Part shown: positions 35,096 through 45,316 of the stretch, in pieces
Numbering within the stretch: position 1 is the stretch's first letter
How the letters are laid out: every line of letters begins with the position of its first letter
DNA from: Candidatus Hydrogenedentota bacterium
GTDB lineage: Bacteria; Hydrogenedentota; Hydrogenedentia; Hydrogenedentales; SLHB01
Assembly (NCBI GenBank): GCA_045863335.1
Contig: BTVY01000036.1
Coordinates: 10,955 to 74,954 of the forward strand
Length of the DNA stretch: 64,000 nt
Direction: 5' to 3'
Notes under the pieces: generated by a model
The model's input: the letters and a program-made list of their open reading frames with translations, nothing else
The model's database searches: none
Told to the model about the DNA's origin: nothing
Translations under genes and position numbers: made by a program

Positions 35096-37618
35096 ATGGG
35101 CGTGAAGAAGATCGCAGTGCTTGGTGATGTCTGCGCGGACGTTCTGGAGGTATCAACGCCCTCCCGCAAACGGACGCTGAGCGAAACGGTATCGAACTGG
35201 CGTCTCTATCCGGAAACATACCTCCACATGCTCCCCGGTGGCGCGTTGTTGCTGGCGGAGTTCATTCAAGCAGCGTGTGACGGTGAGGTTGTCGGCTTGG
35301 ACGGTGTCGACCTCGACAAGCCTCAGCACGACCGTATCCTCCAATCCCACCTGAAACTCGGCACCTTCCCAAAGACTCTCGGCAGCAAAGAAACCACGTT
35401 GCGGCTTCGACGGTACGCGGGATTCTCCGGCTCCGAAAATGCGCCACTGCTACCGTGTATCGCAAGCGCTAAGGACGTCTCGCTCCTCGTGCTGGACGAT
35501 CCGGGCAATGGATTCCGGTACGAGCCGTCTGCATGGCAAGCTGCCTTACGCACTTTGCCGAAAAGATCCCCGATTATCCTCAACATGTGCCGTCCACTCA
35601 TGAAGGGGCAATTGTGGGACTACCTTGCCAAGTCGTACCGCGACAATCTGCTGCTCGTCTTGAGCGCGGACGATCTACGGACGGTAGGCGTGCAGATCAG
35701 CAAGCGCCTATCCTGGGAGCGTACGTCGAAAGATCTCGTTTGGCAGCTGGAGAACAACGTATTGCTTCGTCCGCTTCGTCGATGCGGTCATGTGATTGTG
35801 CGATTTGGCATTGACGCCGCCATATACACGCGAAACACAGGAAAGACGTCGCTGTCCCAACTGTGTTTTGATCCGTCCTCCGTGGAAGACGGCTTTGCGG
35901 AAACAATGCCCGGCACCATGCCGGGATTGACCTATGCCTTGGTCGCATCGCTCGCCGCTGCGATAGACCGGACCGGCAATTTCGAGGAACTGACAAGCGG
36001 AATTCACGCCGGAATTCGTAGTGCGCGCGCTTTGCTCCGTACCGGATTCAAAGTCGAGAACGCGGCCCCCCGTTATCCCATTCCGGAGATCTTTTCACCA
36101 ACCGACTCGGACAAAACCCGTCTCGGTTGTGTCGAAATCAGTCTTACCAAGTCCGGAAAGGATGCCGATCCGGGGTTCTGGCGGATACTGGACCAACTCA
36201 GCGAAAAACGATTGGAGGAAATGGCCTTCCGAATCGTTCGCCAAGGCGTGGAGAGGTCGCTCGGCGAGGTACCGTCCGGCCGGTTCCGCCATCTTCATAC
36301 GGTCGACCGGGCCGAGATTGAGCACTTTCGCGCGATTCAGAATCTGATGCGGGAGTATGTAAGCCGCGAAAAAACCAAGCGCCCTCTTTGCATTGCGGTA
36401 TTTGGGCCTCCCGGTGCTGGGAAGTCTTTTGGGGTCGCGGAAGTCGCAGAAACGGTGGCACCGGGCAAGGTCCGAATGATCGAGTTCAATGTCTCTCAAT
36501 TCGATTCCCCGGACGATCTCATCGACGCGCTGCACAAAGTCCGAGATTCCGTTCTCGAAGGGCAAATTCCGTTAGTGTTCTTCGACGAGTTCGATTCCGG
36601 CTACGGCGGAAAACTGGGGTGGCTGAAGTACTTCCTCGCGCCCATGCAAGACGGTAAGTTCAGGGACGGCGAATCGATTCACCCCATTGGCAAATCCATC
36701 TTCGTGTTCGCCGGAGGCACTCGCGACTCGTTCGAGGCATTCTCCGCGGATGGGGTCCCAGGAACGGCCGAAAGTGCGGGGTGGTTCCGCGATGCTAAAG
36801 GTACCGACTTCGTGAGCCGCCTGCGCGGTTTCGTGGACGTGCTCGGCCCAAATCCGCGCGACGAGAAGGATAAGGTGTTTATCGTTCGACGCGCCATGTT
36901 GCTTCGATCCCTCTTGGAACGCCTCACACCCCAGTTGGTCGACGACGAAGATTATGCGCGTGTTGATCCGGGCGTGCTGCGCGCACTCATCCACGTGCCA
37001 GATTACCGCCACGGCATACGCTCCATGGAAGCGATACTGGATATGAGTTCCTTGTCGAACGCCCTGTCCTTCGAGCAGGCGGCGCTTCCTCCAGCAAACC
37101 AACTACGACTCCATGTGGACCCGGAGATCTTCGAACGATTGGTACTTCAGGACGCTTCGTTTGGCGCCGTCCGGGAGCAGCTCGCACAGGCAATTCATGA
37201 ACGCTTTGTCCGAGATCAGGCCGGAAACCGGCCACAGAGTGACGAGGCCATGCAACCGTGGGATGAATTGCTGGAGACCTACAAGGAAGCCAACCGGCGC
37301 CAAGCGGACCACATCCCGGAGAAGCTGAAAGCCATTTCCTGCAGTTTCACTCCTTTCACTCAACAACCAGTTTCCCCCATTAACTTCTCGAAAAAAGAGA
37401 TCGAGATAATGGCGCGAATGGAACACGACCGGTGGGTACGAGAACGCCTGGAGGAAGGGTATACCCCAGGTCCCAGAAATCCGATCAAGAAAACCAGTCC
37501 ATATTTGGGATCGTGGGAGACACTGGACGACAAGGTGAAGGAATTTGATCGCAATACAGTTCGGGCCATTCCGGATCTGATGACCAGCGTAGGTTTCCGG
37601 ATCTATCGGTTGAGCTGA
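35096..37618 (+). CDS. PfkB-like N-terminal region + AAA ATPase + C-terminal RyR domain protein
   Basis: IAVLGDVCAD/PGGA; GPPGAGKS; VFFDEFD; RyR motifs LAQAIHERF, NRRQADHI, ARMEHDRW..ERLEEGY, PYLGSWETL. Confidence 0.85.
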   Translation: MGVKKIAVLGDVCADVLEVSTPSRKRTLSETVSNWRLYPETYLHMLPGGALLLAEFIQAACDGEVVGLDGVDLDKPQHDRILQSHLKLGTFPKTLGSKETTLRLRRYAGFSGSENAPLLPCIASAKDVSLLVLDDPGNGFRYEPSAWQAALRTLPKRSPIILNMCRPLMKGQLWDYLAKSYRDNLLLVLSADDLRTVGVQISKRLSWERTSKDLVWQLENNVLLRPLRRCGHVIVRFGIDAAIYTRNTGKTSLSQLCFDPSSVEDGFAETMPGTMPGLTYALVASLAAAIDRTGNFEELTSGIHAGIRSARALLRTGFKVENAAPRYPIPEIFSPTDSDKTRLGCVEISLTKSGKDADPGFWRILDQLSEKRLEEMAFRIVRQGVERSLGEVPSGRFRHLHTVDRAEIEHFRAIQNLMREYVSREKTKRPLCIAVFGPPGAGKSFGVAEVAETVAPGKVRMIEFNVSQFDSPDDLIDALHKVRDSVLEGQIPLVFFDEFDSGYGGKLGWLKYFLAPMQDGKFRDGESIHPIGKSIFVFAGGTRDSFEAFSADGVPGTAESAGWFRDAKGTDFVSRLRGFVDVLGPNPRDEKDKVFIVRRAMLLRSLLERLTPQLVDDEDYARVDPGVLRALIHVPDYRHGIRSMEAILDMSSLSNALSFEQAALPPANQLRLHVDPEIFERLVLQDASFGAVREQLAQAIHERFVRDQAGNRPQSDEAMQPWDELLETYKEANRRQADHIPEKLKAISCSFTPFTQQPVSPINFSKKEIEIMARMEHDRWVRERLEEGYTPGPRNPIKKTSPYLGSWETLDDKVKEFDRNTVRAIPDLMTSVGFRIYRLS

Positions 37619-37625
37619 TCTGCAA

Positions 37626-39347
37626 TCAGGATTGCTGCATTCCCGCCACTACCAACCGCGGTATGTTACGGACCGCGCTCCGATCGTACTCCTTGATGGC
37701 GTCCGGCAGTTCGTCATAGGGAACGAGATACGGTGTTTGCCGCCGGCCCACGTCTTTTTCTCCCAACGTCCAACCCGCCAGAAACCGCTCCGCGTTCCAG
37801 CGTGCGTGCTCCATACGCGCAAGTGTTTCCACCCGATCCTCGGGAATCTCCGGCGTCTCCTCCAGTTCCGCGATTGTTCGCACGCGGTACCCCAATGCGC
37901 GAAGCTTCACGGGGATGTGGTCGGCCTGTTGCCGATTGGAGTCCTTGAATTCCGGCGACAACCGATCCCAATCTTCTGTTGATGGACTCTTCTGGCCGCC
38001 GCGCTCCCGCTGTTTGGCCACGTAGTCCTCGTGGATCAGGCGGGCCAGCTTGTCCAGCCCGTCACCCTCCACCATTTCCCAAGAACACGACGAACGCATC
38101 GATCCGAAGCAGTACATGTTCTGCCCATTCGTGGACGGGGAGAACAAAGCCGCGAGCCCGGAATCCTGGTTTATCCGCACGAACACCGGTACGCTGTCTC
38201 GTTCGACATGACGGCGCACGCTCAGTGCGTACTGCGCGTTTCGCGAATCGTTGTCAAAGCAGATGGCAACACTGCAGATTTCGGCGGGGTCCTGCGCGAT
38301 CTCGGCGATACGGCGAAGCGTAAGTGAATCGTCGCATTCGGCGTGGACAAACTCGATATCGCAGACATTGTCCAGCTGGGGGTACCTGACATATAGCCCC
38401 CGCCTTCTCGCCTCCGCCGAATGGTCGACAACCGTGACAGCCAGCCGTTTCCCGTTGGCAACGTGGCCGATCTTTGCTGCTTGAATGAGTAGACTCTCAC
38501 CCATCTGCCCCAAACCAAATAAAACCAATCGGATTCGCCGGGGGTCATCCGGGCCAATGTATTCGCGATCCAGGGGATGATCGCGCAATAGAAGGCGTGA
38601 AGCGTTTTCGTAGGAGTTGAAGACCGACACGTTGAACTTCTGTCCGGTCTCGCGGAGCATCGGGTGATCTTTGAACAAAGCCGCAAACGTGAAGTCCATC
38701 ACCTGGACTAGACAACAAAGACGGTGACGGTTGGCGTGCGTTTGGCTCTCATCGAGTATTTCCTTCGTGCGAAGCGCGATCTCGATATTGACCCCGTCGT
38801 TTCCGCAAACCGCTATGGCCGTGCGCGCCCGTTCCACATGCGCCCGGCGAAGGATCGCCTGATGCGTTGCGTCTCCCGTCACCAAGAGAATCCCGGAGTC
38901 CCGCGCGACCGTAAGGCCATCGGCATGAGGATTGGATTCGATGATCGCCACTTTGTGCCCCCGGCTTCTGCATTCCTCCGCCAACTGCAAGCCCCTGCGC
39001 CCGAGTCCGCAGATCACCACATGATTCCGGGCGAGCGCGAGTTGAAGTCCACGCCAGCGATTCCGGATGAATTCAACGAAGATCCGCAGAACCGCCGACG
39101 CCGCAGTCAACGGCGCAAGAATCCGCGCCACTTCCAGTTGCCACGGAACCGGACCTTCCACGCCTCCGGATTCCATGGTAAAGAGCTGCCAGTCCAGGTA
39201 AACGACATCAAGCACGGTGAGGTTGTATCCCTTCAATTCACCGTGCCGGACAAATCCAACATATCCGAGTACCAACGAGGCTGCTGCAGCGACCGCGATC
39301 ACAATCCATCCACGGCTGACCCTCCACAGGCTTCGAAGTAGATTCAT
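37626..39347 (-). CDS. Membrane protein with TrkA-N/RCK-like domains and C-terminal RyR domain
   Basis: TM-loop-TM N-terminus; HVVICGLGRRG, VTGDAT and LFGLGQMG; RyR motifs LARLIHEDY, NRQQADHI, ARMEHARW..ERFLAGW, PYLVPYDEL. Start uncertain. Confidence 0.85.
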   Translation of the reverse strand: MNLLRSLWRVSRGWIVIAVAAAASLVLGYVGFVRHGELKGYNLTVLDVVYLDWQLFTMESGGVEGPVPWQLEVARILAPLTAASAVLRIFVEFIRNRWRGLQLALARNHVVICGLGRRGLQLAEECRSRGHKVAIIESNPHADGLTVARDSGILLVTGDATHQAILRRAHVERARTAIAVCGNDGVNIEIALRTKEILDESQTHANRHRLCCLVQVMDFTFAALFKDHPMLRETGQKFNVSVFNSYENASRLLLRDHPLDREYIGPDDPRRIRLVLFGLGQMGESLLIQAAKIGHVANGKRLAVTVVDHSAEARRRGLYVRYPQLDNVCDIEFVHAECDDSLTLRRIAEIAQDPAEICSVAICFDNDSRNAQYALSVRRHVERDSVPVFVRINQDSGLAALFSPSTNGQNMYCFGSMRSSCSWEMVEGDGLDKLARLIHEDYVAKQRERGGQKSPSTEDWDRLSPEFKDSNRQQADHIPVKLRALGYRVRTIAELEETPEIPEDRVETLARMEHARWNAERFLAGWTLGEKDVGRRQTPYLVPYDELPDAIKEYDRSAVRNIPRLVVAGMQQS

Positions 39348-39652
39348 GACACAACTCCACCGTGATGCCCTGAGCATCATTTCCCCGATTTCCCCTGATG
39401 CGCCAATCTCGCGTGTGGCCACGGGACTATACCATAGACCAGCATTCGCTACAGTCCCGTCTCTTCGACGGTTCCTGGCCCGGCCAATTCCAAACTTTCG
39501 ACGATTCGGCAGCGAATCAGATGCCGTATTGATTCTGCTGCGTCTTTGCCGTACCTCGCGTATAATGCCTCTGGGCACGAACGAAGCTGGGGCTAGGGCC
39601 GCTCCCCGTACCGGGGTGCGCGGGTCAGACGTCAATGCTTGGGGGATCCGTC

Positions 39653-40657
39653 ATGCGGAAACTCTCGGAATACGTACTTGGCAGGGAACTACAGTTCGGT
39701 ACCGTTTCATCCAGGACACGGCTGCAGCGCTTTCGATCTGTTGCCGGCCGATTCTTGCTCGCTCTCGCAGCCACGAGCATACTGAGTTGCGCACCTGCCA
39801 GCGATGGTTACTCGGTGAGTCAACTCCAAACCAGCGCCGGAACCGAATACCGCATGGAGTGGACGGAAGACGGCGAAACGCGCCACTTCATGACCCTGAT
39901 CGAATCCGGTGGCGCCTTGGCGCTACGCCCCCACCCCGGGGTCGACCCGAATGGCTGGGGATCGAGTTGGTACCCGCAGCCCTTCCTGGCGGGGGCGGTG
40001 CTCAGTCACAGTGGCGTGGACTCGGCCATCGCAACAGCGGACGGAATTGAAGTTGCTCTATCCGGAGACGTATCAAGCGACGCCAACGGCACCTACGGCG
40101 CATGGTCGCTCGACATGGTCTTTACCTACGACGCGGTCGCAAAGAAGGTAGCAGGGGACGGCGTACTTTCCATCGCGCTGGATGGACCGATCGGTGCCGG
40201 TACCGGCGATTTGAATCTTTACAGAATCGCGTCGAACTACCTGGACGACGTCCCCTTGCTCAGCGGCGGCATGGGCGATACCGGGGATATGGACTACGCG
40301 GCGGTCGTCGCCAACGGCTTCAACTTCGACTGGTACCCGCCAATCCAACCGGCCCACTTCCCCTCGGACATGACCGACACCCTTTCCATTGACGTCAAAG
40401 GCCAATACAACGAGGTCGATTCCGCCACGCAGGGCCACGCGCCAATTGCTGCCGCCTATAAGCCCTCATTGAAAGTCGTGCTGAGCACGGACCAGTCGAT
40501 CCTCACCTTCGGCGGGTTCTACGACACAAGCGTCGCACAAGACTTCTGGGAAGACAACGTCGGCATCACACCGCTCCTGCGCGTCGGCACAGGTGGAACC
40601 AATTTCGATTTCGACGTGGACTTCGAATCGATCGCCCTGGCAGGCGACGGGGCGTGA
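39653..40657 (+). CDS. Hypothetical exported protein/lipoprotein, acidic and beta-rich
   Basis: LLALAATSILSC lipobox-like segment; good coding pattern; family not recognised. Confidence 0.65.
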   Translation: MRKLSEYVLGRELQFGTVSSRTRLQRFRSVAGRFLLALAATSILSCAPASDGYSVSQLQTSAGTEYRMEWTEDGETRHFMTLIESGGALALRPHPGVDPNGWGSSWYPQPFLAGAVLSHSGVDSAIATADGIEVALSGDVSSDANGTYGAWSLDMVFTYDAVAKKVAGDGVLSIALDGPIGAGTGDLNLYRIASNYLDDVPLLSGGMGDTGDMDYAAVVANGFNFDWYPPIQPAHFPSDMTDTLSIDVKGQYNEVDSATQGHAPIAAAYKPSLKVVLSTDQSILTFGGFYDTSVAQDFWEDNVGITPLLRVGTGGTNFDFDVDFESIALAGDGA

Positions 40658-40795
40658 TTAGCTATGATCGAAATACAGGCTGCAGACGAGTGGGTCTTGG
40701 CCTTCGAGGGATCTGTTGCTGTGCTCAATCGAGCGATTCGGTGGGGATGACGTGATCGACCAGCTTACTTGCCCGCAAGTGGACTCCAGGAAAGG

Positions 40796-43700
40796 ATGAC
40801 CGAGGTGAAACCCCGCGTTGCCATGATCAGCAGTACGATGCTTGACCTCCCAAATCATCGCAAGAAAGTTAAGGACGCATGCCTAAGTCGCAATATACTT
40901 CCTATGATGATGGAGAACCTTCCGTCCAGTGATGTCGAAGCGGTTCAGGTGTCTCAAGAGATGGTTGAGCAAGCCAACGTATACATCGGTGTATTCGCGC
41001 ACCGTTACGGTCACGTCCCAGATGGATACGACGTTTCAATTACCGAGTTGGAGTTTGATCGCGCACTCGAGCGGAAGATTCCTATCCTGGTTTTTATTAT
41101 GCACGAGAAATACCGGATCCTCCCCGGTACGGTTGAATCGGGTGCAAAGTCCAAACTCGATTCACTGAAGAAACGCGCCTGTGATGGCCGAGTCTGCAGA
41201 ACATTCAAGTCGCCCGAGAGCCTAAAAGCAGAGGTCATCAACGCTCTCGCGGACTTGGAACGGAGGGAGACGACGGCAGGACTGCCAATAGCATCCGAGT
41301 GTTATCCCTTCGAGTTGCTATCGCCCGATTGCCGACTGGTACGAGCGCCTGACTCATCGCCAGACAATCCTTTTCCTTCTTGGCAAGAGTACGTCGAGCA
41401 AAAGGTCCCCAAACTGAAAGCAGATGAAATCATACAGGAGCGTCTGAGGTTGCACGGTTGGGCGTCTGTCCTGGATGCCGCCTCTGTTGGAAAGACTACG
41501 TTGTCGCTTCGGTTAGCGAGCGCTCCCGAGCGGCGGGATAACCCATCCTACTATTTCGACCTTGCCTCCATCGCGGCAATGGACGAGGGCTCTTATCCGT
41601 TGGCTGCATTACGACGGCTTGCCCAACCGGGAACATTCCTAATTCTTGACAATATCCATCATCAGCCAGAACTTGCGCGCGAGCTCTGGACCCTATGGCG
41701 TGCACTAGCTAAGGGAAGCCAATTGCTATTGTTGGCTACGGACATTTTTCGTCCGGTTTTGACCGCGCCCGTCCAGGACCTTGCTTTCTTCAAGAGTCAT
41801 TCGGAAAACCCGTCCATAGCACTCCGTCCAGAACCTGAAGACCTATGGCACATTGTCCAGTATCTGCACGAACGGTTGGCCGGAAAAAGTCATGGCGCAT
41901 TGCCCAATCCACCCGCGCATGTTCTTACTCGATGGCATCGCGACTTCAGGTGTGCTCTCGGCGCTTTTTGCATCTGGGCCATTGCCGGAATGAGCGAATT
42001 CAGGCAAGGGTGCTGGAACGTGTCTTTGGAAGCTACCGCTGAATGGGTGCGGAGAAAGTGGCTCAGTGGACTACCCAAATTAGAACGGGAGAACCTCGAA
42101 TGCCTCGCGGTATTCGGCGCACAGGAATTTGAGATACAGGTGCCAAGTAACGCGCTGCCTCATCCCCGCAAGTTGGAAAAGCTATTCGCGCGCGATTTGG
42201 TATCGCGCACCCAACGGGGCGGACTCAACCCGTACAACAGCTACGCCCTGCGTGAACCAAGCTGGGGCCAATTGATTATTGCCGCACTCGACGCGCCGCC
42301 TGATGAAGAAGCTGTAATCTTTGACGCGGCGTTACGCGACCCGATCACTGCGTCGATTTTAACTTCGCGGTTGCGGAGCTTGGGCCGTATAGAGTACACA
42401 GCGCGTTTGTGGGAACATTTAGCAAAGCAGCCAATTCTCTTCGCGACTCGGGCGACAAAGGTCAAGCTCGAACTCTGGATCCACTTGCTTCGTGCGGCAA
42501 GGGATCAGGATAAAGCGGAACTTGCCGAGCGGCTATGGAACGCATGGGAATCCGAGCCAGAAGCGCTGCTTAAACGAGCTTGGGAGGCGCAACTACATTC
42601 CTTAGCAGCCTTCGTCGATTCGGCGGAGAAACACGGGCGCGAAACACTCGCCACATTGCTATGGGAGAAGCTGGAGGAGCGTCGTGACGAGTTGTGTGAA
42701 CGAGCCATGGAAACCTCACTTGAACAATCAGCGATCTTCCTGGCGATGGCCCGGAAACACGGACACGCAACACTCGCCGTGGCGTTGTGGGACGCGGTGG
42801 AGAAACAGCCCAACGAACTGGCGAAACGAGCCGTGGAAACCTCCCTTGCGTCTACGGCTCGCTTCCTGGCGACGGCCATGGCGCATGAGCGCTTCACACT
42901 GGTCGCAACATTGTGGGACAAGCTGGAGGAGTTGGAGAAGGACGACGATGAATTGTCCAAACGAGTCATGGAATCCCCCCTCGACGCTACGGCTCGCTTC
43001 CTGGCGACGGCCATGGCGCATGAGCGCTTCACACTGGTCGCAACATTGTGGGACAAGCTGGAGGAGTTGGAGAAGGACGACGATGAATTGTCCAAACGAG
43101 TCATGGAATCCCCCCTCGACGCTGCGGCTCACTTCCTGGCGATGGTCGCGAAAGGACGCGCAACACTGGCTACAACGTTGTGGGACAAGTTGGAGAAACA
43201 GCCCGACGCGTTGGCGCAAAGAGCCTTGGAAACTTCGCTGGAAAAGTTGGCTGGTTTCCTGGCGACGGCCAAAGATCAAGAACGCGCAACCTTGGTCGCA
43301 ACGTTGTGGAACAAACTGGAGAAACATGCCGATGCGTTGGCTGATCGAGCTTTGGAAATTTCTCTCGAACATCTGGCCTATTTCCTGGCGACGGCTAGGA
43401 ACCACGAGCGCGCAACACTGGTCGAAACGTTGTGGGACAAGCTGGAGAAACAGCCCGACGCGTTGGCGCAAAGAGCCTTGGAAACTTCGCTGGAAAAGTT
43501 GGCTGGTTTCCTGGCGACGGCCAAAGATCAAGAACGCGCAACCTTGGTCGAAACGTTGTGCCGGAGTCTGGAGGAGCAACCAGCAAAACTTGCAAGCAGA
43601 GCAAGAGAAATGAATACCGCCAGTCTCGCGGGATTCCTTATCAATGCGCCGGAGACTCTTGCAAAGTGCGCTATCACAGGATTCACACAAGCCGATTGGC

Positions 43701-44518
43701 AGATTCACGTTGATAGCGGTCGCCCGCTTGTCGGCGCCGCGGCCTTGGCGCAACGTTTTGGCGAGTTAGGTCGCGCTGATCTCCAGGATACAATCGCGGA
43801 GAGCCTTCTGCGGCGCGCCAACTGGCGCGACTTTGGGTGGGTCGATGCGGGGATACCGAGGGTGGCATGGTTACTGGCTAACATTCCGAGCACAGCGACT
43901 GAAGCTGTACCCCATTTCATCGACGCCATCTGCACAAGGAATTGGTTGAGACGTCAATACAAATATGGAGCGACTGGGCCGATTGCTGGCGGCCTCAGGG
44001 AACTGGCGATGCATCAGCCGCCTGAGATTTGTCAGAGGTTTCATGATTGGAGTTTGGGCCTTCGTTTGAAGCAGGAACTCGAAGAGTTTGCCAATACCAC
44101 TCCGGAGAAGCGGCACCTTACCGTGCAACTTCTGGGTTCCAGCCAACTCGCCGGCTTCCGAATACCACGGGAGTGGCTGCACGGTTTACCCATGGACACT
44201 ATGGGGCAGCTACCGCTCGCTGCTCTGCCGCATCGTCCCGACGCAATGAAAGTCGAAGACTGGCAATTCAATCTCTGGCTCGGGTTGCGTGTCGTTGCGT
44301 CTTTTGGTTACGCATCCCTTCTAGTCTCCCCTGACGTCGTCGCTGAAACGCTCCGGCTTTGGCAGCTGAATTTGGCAGAGACTTCCGCCACACCGACGGC
44401 AACTGCCAATAGGGTGAACGCGAGCATGGTTGCGTGGCTCGAAGAATGCGTTGCAACAAGAGATGGAGAACTTGCTCCAAACCAACAGCGGCTGTGGGAG
44501 CTATCAGGCTTCCCGTAG
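40796..44518 (+). CDS. DUF4062 + P-loop NTPase + helical repeat array (NLR/STAND-like architecture)
   Basis: ISSTMLDL..HR, VYIGVFAHRYG and SITELEF (DUF4062); DAASVGKTT and FLILDNIH (NTPase); about nine 41-45-aa repeats. Confidence 0.8.
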   Translation: MTEVKPRVAMISSTMLDLPNHRKKVKDACLSRNILPMMMENLPSSDVEAVQVSQEMVEQANVYIGVFAHRYGHVPDGYDVSITELEFDRALERKIPILVFIMHEKYRILPGTVESGAKSKLDSLKKRACDGRVCRTFKSPESLKAEVINALADLERRETTAGLPIASECYPFELLSPDCRLVRAPDSSPDNPFPSWQEYVEQKVPKLKADEIIQERLRLHGWASVLDAASVGKTTLSLRLASAPERRDNPSYYFDLASIAAMDEGSYPLAALRRLAQPGTFLILDNIHHQPELARELWTLWRALAKGSQLLLLATDIFRPVLTAPVQDLAFFKSHSENPSIALRPEPEDLWHIVQYLHERLAGKSHGALPNPPAHVLTRWHRDFRCALGAFCIWAIAGMSEFRQGCWNVSLEATAEWVRRKWLSGLPKLERENLECLAVFGAQEFEIQVPSNALPHPRKLEKLFARDLVSRTQRGGLNPYNSYALREPSWGQLIIAALDAPPDEEAVIFDAALRDPITASILTSRLRSLGRIEYTARLWEHLAKQPILFATRATKVKLELWIHLLRAARDQDKAELAERLWNAWESEPEALLKRAWEAQLHSLAAFVDSAEKHGRETLATLLWEKLEERRDELCERAMETSLEQSAIFLAMARKHGHATLAVALWDAVEKQPNELAKRAVETSLASTARFLATAMAHERFTLVATLWDKLEELEKDDDELSKRVMESPLDATARFLATAMAHERFTLVATLWDKLEELEKDDDELSKRVMESPLDAAAHFLAMVAKGRATLATTLWDKLEKQPDALAQRALETSLEKLAGFLATAKDQERATLVATLWNKLEKHADALADRALEISLEHLAYFLATARNHERATLVETLWDKLEKQPDALAQRALETSLEKLAGFLATAKDQERATLVETLCRSLEEQPAKLASRAREMNTASLAGFLINAPETLAKCAITGFTQADWQIHVDSGRPLVGAAALAQRFGELGRADLQDTIAESLLRRANWRDFGWVDAGIPRVAWLLANIPSTATEAVPHFIDAICTRNWLRRQYKYGATGPIAGGLRELAMHQPPEICQRFHDWSLGLRLKQELEEFANTTPEKRHLTVQLLGSSQLAGFRIPREWLHGLPMDTMGQLPLAALPHRPDAMKVEDWQFNLWLGLRVVASFGYASLLVSPDVVAETLRLWQLNLAETSATPTATANRVNASMVAWLEECVATRDGELAPNQQRLWELSGFP
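42852..43560 (+). repeat. Intragenic tandem duplications (135-bp exact tandem; near-identical ~126-bp units 252 bp apart)
   Basis: 42852-42986 is repeated at 42987-43121; the block at 43174 recurs at 43426. Confidence 0.9.
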
Positions 44519-44599
44519 CGCCAAGATCCGCCGTTTATCGCTTCACTTCATTTGGCGAAAGTATGCAATCCGGAGGATTGACAGGATCGAGAGGGAACC

Positions 44600-45316
44600 A
44601 TGGCCCGTAGTTCCACGAGACATACGATTCTGCCTATGCTCTCACATCGGTTCGTGCTGCGGAGGCATACGGAGTATGTCCTGAGTCTGGCGATGTCGGG
44701 GGATGGGCGGCGTTTGGTGAGCGGGGCGATGGACGAGACGGTGCGAGTTTGGGACGCCGGCACCGGCCGGAAGGTGGTGGTGCTTCGTAGTCAGTTGGTG
44801 TTATGCGTTGCGATTTCGCCGGATGGGCGGCGCATCTTCATCGGCAGTAAGGCGGGAACGATCCGCGTGCGGGACGCGGAAACGGGCGAACGGCTCGCGA
44901 CGATGCGGGGGCATCGCACTGGTATCTACAACATGTTCTTCCAGAACGGAGACCGGGAGCTGGTGACGTGGGACGTAAATGACGAATCGCGGGTTTGGGA
45001 TGCCGCGACCGGCGAATGCCTGGCGTCGGGGCAGCTTCCCGGCACGATGTGGGTCGGCCCGAATGTGCCAGAGGATTGCCCCTATCAATTTACCGATCGC
45101 GGACAACCCACTGTCATTAGTGACGCCGCCACGGGCGAACCCATAGCCGTGGTCGACCAATCCTTCTCGAGTATTGCCGCCTCGAATACCGGCCGCTGGG
45201 CGGGATCGAACGGTTCGGAGATCTACGTCTTCGACATGGCTGACATCGGCGCGTGCGGCGAGGCTGCGCCGCGAACGTCTGTTCTCCGAGTTCGGCATTG
45301 GTTACCGAGGCGATGA
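44600..45316 (+). CDS. WD40-repeat protein (short, possibly a remnant)
   Basis: HTEYVLSLAMSGDGRRLVSGAMDETVRVWD and two further WD repeats. Confidence 0.8.
   Translation: MARSSTRHTILPMLSHRFVLRRHTEYVLSLAMSGDGRRLVSGAMDETVRVWDAGTGRKVVVLRSQLVLCVAISPDGRRIFIGSKAGTIRVRDAETGERLATMRGHRTGIYNMFFQNGDRELVTWDVNDESRVWDAATGECLASGQLPGTMWVGPNVPEDCPYQFTDRGQPTVISDAATGEPIAVVDQSFSSIAASNTGRWAGSNGSEIYVFDMADIGACGEAAPRTSVLRVRHWLPRR

Noticed and set aside
39348-39635. N-terminal ~95 aa of the 669-aa TrkA-RyR ORF call
   Set aside because: Looks like read-through of the divergent promoter region. The first TM follows ATG 39347 or a nearby start.
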